DNA from: Halodesulfurarchaeum sp.
GTDB taxonomy: Archaea; Halobacteriota; Halobacteria; Halobacteriales; Halobacteriaceae
DNA length: 64,000 bases
Assembly: GCA_042216015.1 (NCBI GenBank)
Contig: JBDGUI010000013.1
Span: forward strand, 22,838 to 86,837
Direction: 5' to 3'
Shown here: piece after piece, positions 43,127 through 51,241 of the stretch
Layout: each line of letters starts with the position of its first letter
Numbering within the stretch: position 1 is the stretch's first letter
Notes under the pieces: model-generated
Databases searched by the model: none
What the model saw: the letters and a program-made list of their open reading frames with translations, nothing else
Told to the model about the DNA's origin: nothing
Made by a program: the position numbers and the translations under genes

Positions 43127-43297
43127 CTACACTTCGTAGATGCTATCCTGGAGCTGGCTGACCGTCGCTTCGTCCAGTTCCATCTCCGGGTGTGCGCTTT
43201 CGACGTGTTCGCGGGCCTGTTCCATGACTTCCTCCTCGGTGCCGGCCTGGCAGAACCCGTCACAGCCGTCGACGGGACAGTCGAGTTTGAGTGCCAT
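43127..43297 (-). CDS. 56-aa small metal-binding protein (DUF1059-like; absent from the ORF track)
   Basis: Hand translation MALKLDCPVDGCDGFCQAGTEEEVMEQAREHVESAHPEMELDEATVSQLQDSIYEV*. Confidence 0.8.
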   Translation of the reverse strand: MALKLDCPVDGCDGFCQAGTEEEVMEQAREHVESAHPEMELDEATVSQLQDSIYEV

Positions 43298-43465
43298 TGC
43301 ACGAGGTCAAACGTCCCCTGGCATCATAGGCCCACGTCGCTCCCCAACGTGAGGCTGGAGAGCACGAAATAGTTAAGTCGACTGGCGATCCGGCCCGAGT
43401 CCGCGGCCACCCGAAGAGTCCTCCGGTCACCCGAATTTACATGCCTTCTCTCACTACCGTTTGGC

Positions 43466-44002
43466 ATGGCAACTCCCGATGCACAGGTCTTCGAGTGCGA
43501 GTCGTGTGGCAACACGCTCGTGGCCGAGCACCGACCCGAGGAACTGCACTGCTGTGGGGCCCCGATGACCCCGATCCAGGCGGACGAACCGATCGTCGAG
43601 GAGCCGGACCTCGAGACCCTCTGGCGGGAGATCTTCGGTCTCTCTCGCACACGCATCCTCGTCTGCATCTGTGTGTTGATGGACGAGCCGACGACGGTCG
43701 CCGAAGTCGCGGAGATGAGCGGCCTGAGCGAGAGCACCGCCTCGAACCATCTCGATCCGCTCGTGGAGGCCGGGATCCTCGAACGGTCGGTAAAGAACCT
43801 CCGGGAGGGGGGAACGATCCACGTCTACCGGGGCGCGCCGATCGAGACCCAGCAGGAGATCTACCGGCGGGGGCTGTTCACGTGGTTCGCCCGGGCGATC
43901 ACCATGATCGAGGAATACAGCCCCGATCAGCTCAAAGCGCCATACACCGCCGTCGCGGAGACCGAAACCCAGCAGGCACAGGCCGCGGTGTTCTGGGACT
44001 GA
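43466..44002 (+). CDS. TrmB-like wHTH regulator with an N-terminal desulforedoxin-like Cys motif
   Basis: FECESCGN...LHCCGAPM followed by TTVAEVAEMSGLSESTASNHLDPLVEAGIL...GGTIHVY. Confidence 0.8.
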   Translation: MATPDAQVFECESCGNTLVAEHRPEELHCCGAPMTPIQADEPIVEEPDLETLWREIFGLSRTRILVCICVLMDEPTTVAEVAEMSGLSESTASNHLDPLVEAGILERSVKNLREGGTIHVYRGAPIETQQEIYRRGLFTWFARAITMIEEYSPDQLKAPYTAVAETETQQAQAAVFWD

Positions 44003-44109
44003 GCCTCGCTTGGCGACCGCGGAGCCGGGCCCGGGATCCGCTGACGCGATGAAGCGACGACGAATCGAATTCTCCTCCCTATAAGTACGACCTCGCAAAA
44101 CTTACGGAC

Positions 44110-45105
44110 ATGCCAGCGCGCACGACGCGGCTCTTGACGAGCGACCAGGTCGACCGCGAGATGCCGATGGACGAACTCATCGCCGGCGTGGAGGACGCGT
44201 TCCGGGCCTACGAGCTCGGCAACGCCCAGATGCCCGCGAAGTCCTACATCGACCTCCGGAAGTACAACGGCGACTTCCGCTCGATGCCCGCGTACCTCGA
44301 GACCGAGGACTGGGACGCGGCCGCGATCAAGTGGGTCAACGTTCACCCCGACAACCCCGACAAATTCGACCTGCCCACGGTCATGGGGACGGTCATCTAC
44401 AGCGACCCGGAGACGGCCTATCCGCTCGCGCTGCTCGACGGCACGATCCTCACCCAGAAGCGGACCGGCGCCGCCGCCGGGGTCGCCACGGACCATCTCG
44501 CCGTCGAGAACGCCTCCTCGATGGGGATCATCGGGGCCGGGATCCAGGCCTACACCCAGCTCGAGGCGGTCGCCACCGTCCGGGACATCGAGGAGGTCGT
44601 CGTCGCTGACGTCGACGACGAGAAGATCCAGGCCTTCATCGATCACTTCGAGGACCGATTCGAGGTCCGCGGCGGCTCGAACGCGGAGGCCGCGAGCTGT
44701 GACGTGCTCTCGACGGTCACACCCGTTCGCGAGCCGATCGTGAACCCCGAGGACGTCGGCGAGCACACCCACATCAATGCGATGGGCGCCGACGCCGAGG
44801 GCAAACAGGAACTGGCAACCGACCTGCTCCTCGAGGCGACCGTCGTCATCGACGACTACGAGCAGTGCACCCACTCCGGCGAGATCAACGTCCCGTTCCA
44901 CGACGGGGACCTGGCCGACGAGGACATCTACGGCGAGATCGGACAGATCGTCGCCGGGAACAAGGCCGGGCGGGAGGCCATCGAGGGCGTCACCGTCTTC
45001 GACAGCACGGGTCTCGCGATTCAGGACGTCGCGGCCGCCCACGTCGTCTACGAACACGCGATCGAGGAGGACATCGGCACGGAGTTCGACCTGCTCGGGG
45101 TCTAA
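44110..45105 (+). CDS. Ornithine cyclodeaminase/mu-crystallin family protein, probable archaeal alanine dehydrogenase
   Basis: GDFRSMPAY, IKWVNVHP, RTGAAA, IGAGIQA, HINAMGAD, FDSTGLAIQD. Confidence 0.85.
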   Translation: MPARTTRLLTSDQVDREMPMDELIAGVEDAFRAYELGNAQMPAKSYIDLRKYNGDFRSMPAYLETEDWDAAAIKWVNVHPDNPDKFDLPTVMGTVIYSDPETAYPLALLDGTILTQKRTGAAAGVATDHLAVENASSMGIIGAGIQAYTQLEAVATVRDIEEVVVADVDDEKIQAFIDHFEDRFEVRGGSNAEAASCDVLSTVTPVREPIVNPEDVGEHTHINAMGADAEGKQELATDLLLEATVVIDDYEQCTHSGEINVPFHDGDLADEDIYGEIGQIVAGNKAGREAIEGVTVFDSTGLAIQDVAAAHVVYEHAIEEDIGTEFDLLGV

Positions 45106-45186
45106 TTCTACCTCTCCGACATCTCATTCCGGGCGGCCCGGCGTGTAATTCCAACCCGTCCGCCGTCTCATTCAGACCCCCTAACG

Positions 45187-45337
45187 TTTTTCTCCGATGA
45201 CCGGGCCAGTCCGGCTCATGTTCTGAGCACTGGCCCGGGGCGATGCGCGGCTGCAAGCGATGACGCTTGCCGGTGAGCCTGCCCGCTCGCCGGTGTGACT
45301 CCTCGTCTCGGGTTCTTCATTCGGTCACCTGCTCGCC
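45187..45337 (+). ncRNA. Copy B of the dispersed TATA(-31)/ATG-TTC-TGA element, hairpin-rich
   Basis: TTTTT at 45187, ACCGGGCCAGTCCGGCTCATG matches copy A at 20 of 21 nt, ATGTTCTGA at 45218-45226. Confidence 0.5.
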
Positions 45338-45366
45338 AAAACGTGGGCAAAATTGCTACCAGAAAG

Positions 45367-48201
45367 CTACGACAGAAGAATCGCCGGCCTGAACGGCTCG
45401 GCCTGGCTCGCTTTGTCCTCGTTCGTGTCGGCTTCTGAAACGACCTCGACCGTGGCGTCGAACTCGCTCTCGAGGAACCTGGCGGCCTCCTCGTAGAGCG
45501 CTCGCTCGTCGATTTCGGTCATGGCCTCGAGTTCGGCGTCGTCGAGTCCGTGGACGGTCTCGATCAGGTCCCCGACGAGGTCGTTGACGGCCTCGCCGCG
45601 CTCCCTGAGGTCGGGGTTCTCCATGACCCGTCCCATTACAGCGCCCCGGTCTGGACCGGTCTCGAGAAGGGTCTCGAAGACCTCGGTCTTCCAGTCGGCC
45701 GCGAGGAAGAGCTGGATCGTCTCGGGATCGGTTCCGGTCACGTCCACGATGTCCCGAACGTCCTCGGTGACATCGTCGATGAGATCCTCTTCGAACTCGA
45801 CGACCTGGCTCTCGAGCTCGGGATCCGGCTCGGGCCAGCTGGCGTCTTCGACCGGTTCGCCGACCAGCTGCTCGTGGAGTTCGTTCGTCATGAACGGAAT
45901 GATCGGAGCGAGCAGCCGGAGGCGGGTCTGGAGGACTTTCGCCCGGGTCCAGCGTGCGCCCGGGGGATTCAGGTCGGTCCGCTTCCGGTACCAGCGAAGC
46001 GCCTCCTCTAGCTGGTAAAAGGCGTCCTGACTGGCGTGTCGGGTACTGAACCCGTCCATCGCCTCGGTGACGTCCCGGACGACTCCCTGGAGCTTCGAGA
46101 GCAGCCACCGATCGATGCGCTCGAGGTCGGGCCGGGTTTCGGGGACGTCGGTCTGGATGACCTCCTGTGCCCGCCGCCAGAAGCCCGCGAGCTGATCGCG
46201 GGTCCCCTGAACGTCCTCGGCGCGCCAGTCGTAGTCCTGCCAGGGCTCCGCGGAGTTGAGCAGGAAGAACCGGACGGTGTCTGCGCCGTACTCCTCGATG
46301 GCGTCCGTGGGGAGGACGACGTGCCCCTTCGAGGAGGACATCTTCGTTCCCTCGAGGAGCCCCATCCCCATGATGGTGATTCCCTGGGGCCACTGGGGCT
46401 CCTCGAAGAGTTCGGCGTGGTGGAAGAGATAGAAGGAGAGGTGATTGGAGATGAGGTCGTTGGCCGAGCACCGGTAGTCGACGGGGTACCAGTAGTCCCA
46501 CTCCTCGCGCAATTCGAGGGCCTGTTCGTCCGGCTCATCCACCGCATCCGGACCGTAAAAGAGCGTGTCGAAGAACTCCCTCGTGAGATCCTCGACGGGG
46601 ACCTCGTCGATCCGGTGGGCGATCGTGTAGTAGGCCATGTAGATCGTGGAGTCCGAGAGCGGCTCGATGACGAAGTCCTCGTCCCACGGGAGCCGGGTGC
46701 CGAGACCGTAGTTCCGGATGCAGGGCCACTCGTTCAGCCAGTCGATCGTGTGGTAGTACTGCTCCCGGGTGTTCTCCGGGATGGCGTCCATGTTCTCGAC
46801 GATCTTCCGGGTCTGTGCTTTCCAGTCTTCGTCGCTGTAGCTGAGAAACCAGGTCTCCTGCTTGGCGACCTCGACGTCCCCGCCACACCGGCAGACGACC
46901 TTTTCCGAGAACTCGTGCATCGAGTCGAAAGCGCCCCGGGACTGGAAGTGTGCGTCGAGTTCGTCCCGGACGTCCTCGACGATCTCGCCGGCGTACTCGT
47001 CGTACAGGTCCTTGAGCCGTCCGGCGTGGAACTCCCGGTTGTACACCTCCTGGGTCGCCTCTTCGAGGGCGGGGTCGTCCTGGCTCTCGATGTCGTGTTC
47101 CTCGACGGCGTCTCTGGCCGGGAACTCGCCGTAGCCCTCGACGTCGATGATCGAGCGGGGCTCGATGGCTCCGACGGCCTCGGGGTCGATGCCGAACTCG
47201 CGCATGCGATCTGCGTCGGCCTTTGCCTCCTCGAGGGCCACCCAGTCATCGGGGCTGTGGCCCGGAACTGACATGACGACGCCCGTTGCGTTCTCGGGGT
47301 CGACGAAACTGGCCGGGAGGATCAATACCTCCTCGTCGGTGACCGGGTTGCTGACCGTCTCGCCGACCAGCTCCTCTCCCTCGAACTCTCGCCTGACGGT
47401 GACCTCGCGTTGCTGGAGTTCGAGCTTCTCCACGGCCGGGACCGAGACGATCCACGACTCGCCGTCCACCTCTGCCTCGACGTAGTTCCCGTCGGGCAGG
47501 ATGAAGGCGTTCGTGACCCCCCGAACGGTCTCCGGTCGGAGCGTGGCCATCGGAATCGTCGTGCCGTCGTGGTCGAACTTGATGAGGGTGTACTCCTGGA
47601 ACTCGGCCTCCTCGCCCTCGAGGAGGTCGTGGGTCGTGACCGGGTTCTCCTCCTCGGTGCAGTACTTGACGGGGTGGAGACCCTTCTCCAGCCGGCCGCG
47701 GTCCCGGAGGGTCTCGTACTGCCAGGAGATGAACTTCGAGTAGCGCTCGTCGTTCGTGGTGAACTCCCGGCGCCAGTCGATCGAGAGCCCCAGGGACTGC
47801 ATGTTCTGCTTGTAGTGATTCTCGATGAAGTAGCGGGCATACCCCATGGGCGTCTCGAGATCGGAGAGTTCGTCCTCGGGGACGCCGTAGGTGTCACGGA
47901 GGACGGAGAGCTGCTCTTCCTCGCCCTTCTGCAGGCGGTTCACGGCTCCGACGATCGGCGTCCCCGTGACGTGCCAGCCGATGGGGAAGAGGACGTTGTC
48001 CCCCTGGAGGCGTCGATACCGGGCGTACACGTCCGGGACCGTGTACGTGCGGGCGTGGCCGATGTGCATCCCGCCGCTGGGGTAGGGATACGGGACGGTG
48101 ACGAAGGTCGCCTCCCCGTCGTCGGGATCGACCTCGTACCGCCCGTCCCTCGCCCAGCGCTCCTGCCACTTCCGCTCGATGTCCCGGGGGGTGTAGTCCA
48201 T
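45367..48201 (-). CDS. leuS: Leucine--tRNA ligase
   Basis: PYPYPSGGMHIGH, ATLRPET, IEPLSDSTIYMAYY, KMSSSKG. Confidence 0.96.
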   Translation of the reverse strand: MDYTPRDIERKWQERWARDGRYEVDPDDGEATFVTVPYPYPSGGMHIGHARTYTVPDVYARYRRLQGDNVLFPIGWHVTGTPIVGAVNRLQKGEEEQLSVLRDTYGVPEDELSDLETPMGYARYFIENHYKQNMQSLGLSIDWRREFTTNDERYSKFISWQYETLRDRGRLEKGLHPVKYCTEEENPVTTHDLLEGEEAEFQEYTLIKFDHDGTTIPMATLRPETVRGVTNAFILPDGNYVEAEVDGESWIVSVPAVEKLELQQREVTVRREFEGEELVGETVSNPVTDEEVLILPASFVDPENATGVVMSVPGHSPDDWVALEEAKADADRMREFGIDPEAVGAIEPRSIIDVEGYGEFPARDAVEEHDIESQDDPALEEATQEVYNREFHAGRLKDLYDEYAGEIVEDVRDELDAHFQSRGAFDSMHEFSEKVVCRCGGDVEVAKQETWFLSYSDEDWKAQTRKIVENMDAIPENTREQYYHTIDWLNEWPCIRNYGLGTRLPWDEDFVIEPLSDSTIYMAYYTIAHRIDEVPVEDLTREFFDTLFYGPDAVDEPDEQALELREEWDYWYPVDYRCSANDLISNHLSFYLFHHAELFEEPQWPQGITIMGMGLLEGTKMSSSKGHVVLPTDAIEEYGADTVRFFLLNSAEPWQDYDWRAEDVQGTRDQLAGFWRRAQEVIQTDVPETRPDLERIDRWLLSKLQGVVRDVTEAMDGFSTRHASQDAFYQLEEALRWYRKRTDLNPPGARWTRAKVLQTRLRLLAPIIPFMTNELHEQLVGEPVEDASWPEPDPELESQVVEFEEDLIDDVTEDVRDIVDVTGTDPETIQLFLAADWKTEVFETLLETGPDRGAVMGRVMENPDLRERGEAVNDLVGDLIETVHGLDDAELEAMTEIDERALYEEAARFLESEFDATVEVVSEADTNEDKASQAEPFRPAILLS

Positions 48202-48312
48202 ACCACTGGGTCTCGGGGCGGCGATAAAAGGACTTGTGACACCGATTCGAATCCCCGGGCGGCTCACGCGGCGACGTTCCGTTCACTCGATAGACGGGCC
48301 GCCGGTGCCCGG

Positions 48313-48747
48313 TCAGTCGATGTCGATATGGTGGGCGTCCTCGTCCGTCTCCACTTTCGGGAGACGGACGGTCAGAACGCCGTTCGTGAAGCTCGCCTCG
48401 ACCTCGTCGGCCTCGACTGGCCCCGGGAGTGAAACCCGTCGGTCGACCGACCGCTCGCGTCGCTCTCGGCGGACGTACCGGCCCGGCTCCGCCTCTTCCT
48501 CCTCGGATTCCGTCTCGGCCTGGATCCGGAGGGTGTCCTCGAGGAGTTCGACCTCGATGTCCTCGGGCTCGAAGCCCGGAAGGTCGGCGGTGACCTCGAA
48601 GGAATCGTCGAACTCCGCGACATCCACCTTGAGTCGGCCCGGCCAGGCCGATTCGATCCCGCTCCACTGCTCGACGTCCTGGAACTGGTCGCTCATGCGC
48701 TCGAAGAGCCGTTCGATTTCGTCTATAGGGGTCGGCTTTCTGGTCAT
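48313..48747 (-). CDS. Hsp20/alpha-crystallin small heat shock protein
   Basis: VTADLPGFEPEDIEV, RRVSLP, ASFTNGVLTVRLPK. Confidence 0.93.
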   Translation of the reverse strand: MTRKPTPIDEIERLFERMSDQFQDVEQWSGIESAWPGRLKVDVAEFDDSFEVTADLPGFEPEDIEVELLEDTLRIQAETESEEEEAEPGRYVRRERRERSVDRRVSLPGPVEADEVEASFTNGVLTVRLPKVETDEDAHHIDID

Positions 48748-48815
48748 GCCAGTATTATATCGGCTCGCAAAGGACAAAAAGCTATTCCTCGGATCGGACC
48801 GGCCCGGACATCCCG

Positions 48816-49622
48816 TCAGACGACGTGTTCGACGTCGTAAGAACCCATCCGTTTGACCCAGCCGTTTTCGGCCAGGGTGTCGATCTCCTCGATCGCGGCC
48901 TGGGTCCGGTCCTCGTAGAGCCCGGCCTCGAGGTCGATGTGGAAGACGTAATCGCCGAGCCGCTCGCCGCTGGGTCGGGATTCGAGCCGCGAGAGGTTGA
49001 TGTCGCGGTCGGCGAACGGTTCGAGTAGCTCGAGCAGGAGTCCGGGGTAGTTCGTGTTCGGGTAGACGATCAGCGAGGTCTTCCCGCCCGAGGTGGTCCG
49101 TTCGGCCGGCCCGGCGATGGCGAAAAACCGGGTGGCATTCGACGTCCGGTCCTGGATGTCCTCGGCGAGAACCGTGAGATCATCGCCCGCGTTGTCGGGA
49201 TGGCCGATCCCGGCGATAGTGGGGTCCTCTCGGGCCCGCTCGACTCCTCTGGCGGTTGAGGCCACCGCCTCGAGGTCGGCCTCGGGATAGGCATCGAGCA
49301 GATAACTCCGGCACTGCGCGAGGGCCTGGGAGTGGCTCGCGACGATCGAAAAGTCCGCTCCCTGGGCTAACAGTGCGTGCCGGATCGGGGTGACGATCTC
49401 GCGGGTCACCGCAACGTCGGCGTCGGCGAGCGCGTCCAGGCTTTCGGTGACCGATCCCTCGATGCTGTTCTCGATGGGCACGACCCCCCGGTTGAACTCC
49501 CCGGAGGCCACCCCGCTCACGATGCCGTGGACCGACTCCCGGAACGCAATCTCCCCCTCGGCGACGGCGGTCGCGGCGCGATGGGAGTAGGTGCCTTCCG
49601 GGCCCAGCGTGACGGTCGTCAT
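48816..49622 (-). CDS. pheA: Prephenate dehydratase
   Basis: LGPEGTYS, PIENSIEGSV, SHSQALAQC, NATRF, ACT-domain NLSRLESRP. Confidence 0.95.
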   Translation of the reverse strand: MTTVTLGPEGTYSHRAATAVAEGEIAFRESVHGIVSGVASGEFNRGVVPIENSIEGSVTESLDALADADVAVTREIVTPIRHALLAQGADFSIVASHSQALAQCRSYLLDAYPEADLEAVASTARGVERAREDPTIAGIGHPDNAGDDLTVLAEDIQDRTSNATRFFAIAGPAERTTSGGKTSLIVYPNTNYPGLLLELLEPFADRDINLSRLESRPSGERLGDYVFHIDLEAGLYEDRTQAAIEEIDTLAENGWVKRMGSYDVEHVV

Positions 49623-49707
49623 GCTTCGGGATACAGCGTGGCGTGGGAAAAGGTCATCGGGGCGGGGAATCACTCGATCGGCGGCCGATTCACCGATTTA
49701 GCCCGAT

Positions 49708-51126
49708 CTACCGGTTCAGCGTGTGGATCGCGTGCCCGAGGGCGTTCTCCGCGGCCTCCATCGTGGCCTCCGCGAGCGTCGGGTGGGTGTGGATCGTCTC
49801 GGCCACCTCGTCGACGGTCGCGCCGGTCTGGACGGCCAATCCGAGTTCCGCGACGAGTTCGGAGGCCTCCGGACCGACGATCCGGGCGCCGAGGACGGCC
49901 CCCGTGTCCGCGCTGCCGATGATCCGGACGAAGCCCTCGGTGTGCCCGGTGCTCAGTGCGCGCCCGCTGGACCGGAAGGGGAACTCGCCGACGACGGTCT
50001 CGTGGCCGGCGTCCTCCGCCTCCGTCTCGGACTGGCCGACCATCGCGATCTCGGGGTCGGTGAACACGACCGCGGGGACGACCTTCTCGGCCATCGAGGC
50101 GTCCCCGCCGGCGATGGCGTCTGCGGCGACCAGGCCCTCCGCGCTCCCGGCGTGGGCGAGTAGCGGTTCGCCGGCCACGTCGCCGATCGCGAAGACGTGC
50201 TCCTGGCTCGTGTGACACTGGTCGTCGGTCTCGACGAACCCGCGGTCGTCGATGTCGATCCCGAGGGCCTCGAGGTTCGCCGTGTCGGTGACCGGCTCGC
50301 GGCCCACCGCGACGATGGCCGTGTCGGCCTCGTAACTCGACACGTCGCCGTCCTCGGTCTCGGTTTCGAGGACGATGCCGGAATCGGTCGACTCCCAGTC
50401 GCTCGCGGCCTCGCCGAACTGGAATTCGATGCCGAGATCCGCGGCCTTTTGCTCGACCGGACGGGTGAGGTCCCGGTCGTACCCCGGCAGCATCTCCTCG
50501 AGCATCTCGATCACGGTCACGGAGACCCCGAGCTTGGCGAAGACCGTCGAGAGTTCCATGCCGATGTAGCCCGCGCCGACGACCACGAGTTCCTCGGGGA
50601 GTTCCTCGAGGTCGAGGGCGTGACGCGAGGAGAGCACGTGCTCGCCGTCGAATTCGAAGCCGGGAACCTCGATCGGTCGGGAGCCGGTCGCGACGATCGC
50701 GTGATCGAACCCGTAGCGCTCCTCACCACCCTCCAGAAGATCGACGGTGAGCGAGTGTTCGTCCTCGAAGGTGGCCGTTCCCTCCACGATGTTCACGCGG
50801 TTGGCCTTGCAGAGTTTCTCGACGGCCCCGGTGAGGGTGTCGACGACGCCGTCCTTCCAGTCGACCATCTCCCCGAAGTCGACCTCGGGGTCCGCGTAAA
50901 CGCCCATCTCCTCGGCGTGGGCGGCGTCGTGGGCCACGTTCGTGGCGTGGATCAGTGCCTTGGAGGGGATGCAACCGGCGTTCAGACAGGTGCCCCCGAA
51001 CTCCCCGGCCTCGATGAGCGTGACGTCCAGATCGAACTGGGCGGCCCGGATCGCGGCGACGTAGCCGCCCGTTCCGGCCCCGACGATTGCGACTTCCGTG
51101 TGTGTCGACTCCGAATCTGCGGGCAT
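49708..51126 (-). CDS. lpdA: Dihydrolipoyl dehydrogenase
   Basis: GAGTGGY, GGTCLNAGCIPSK, GAGYIGME, HTHPTLAE. Confidence 0.93.
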   Translation of the reverse strand: MPADSESTHTEVAIVGAGTGGYVAAIRAAQFDLDVTLIEAGEFGGTCLNAGCIPSKALIHATNVAHDAAHAEEMGVYADPEVDFGEMVDWKDGVVDTLTGAVEKLCKANRVNIVEGTATFEDEHSLTVDLLEGGEERYGFDHAIVATGSRPIEVPGFEFDGEHVLSSRHALDLEELPEELVVVGAGYIGMELSTVFAKLGVSVTVIEMLEEMLPGYDRDLTRPVEQKAADLGIEFQFGEAASDWESTDSGIVLETETEDGDVSSYEADTAIVAVGREPVTDTANLEALGIDIDDRGFVETDDQCHTSQEHVFAIGDVAGEPLLAHAGSAEGLVAADAIAGGDASMAEKVVPAVVFTDPEIAMVGQSETEAEDAGHETVVGEFPFRSSGRALSTGHTEGFVRIIGSADTGAVLGARIVGPEASELVAELGLAVQTGATVDEVAETIHTHPTLAEATMEAAENALGHAIHTLNR

Positions 51127-51241
51127 TGTCGGCCATACTGGCGGGGGGCTATTGAGCGATTCCCTTCGCTCCGGACGAACGGGATCTCGGACCCGCTCGG
51201 GACGAAACGGCTTTCCGGGGACCACCCGTCCCAACGCATAG

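Noticed and set aside
45238..45270. GGCGATG...GATGAC resembling a fluoride riboswitch
   Set aside because: No CGCC partner for P1 at the right distance and no downstream gene on that strand
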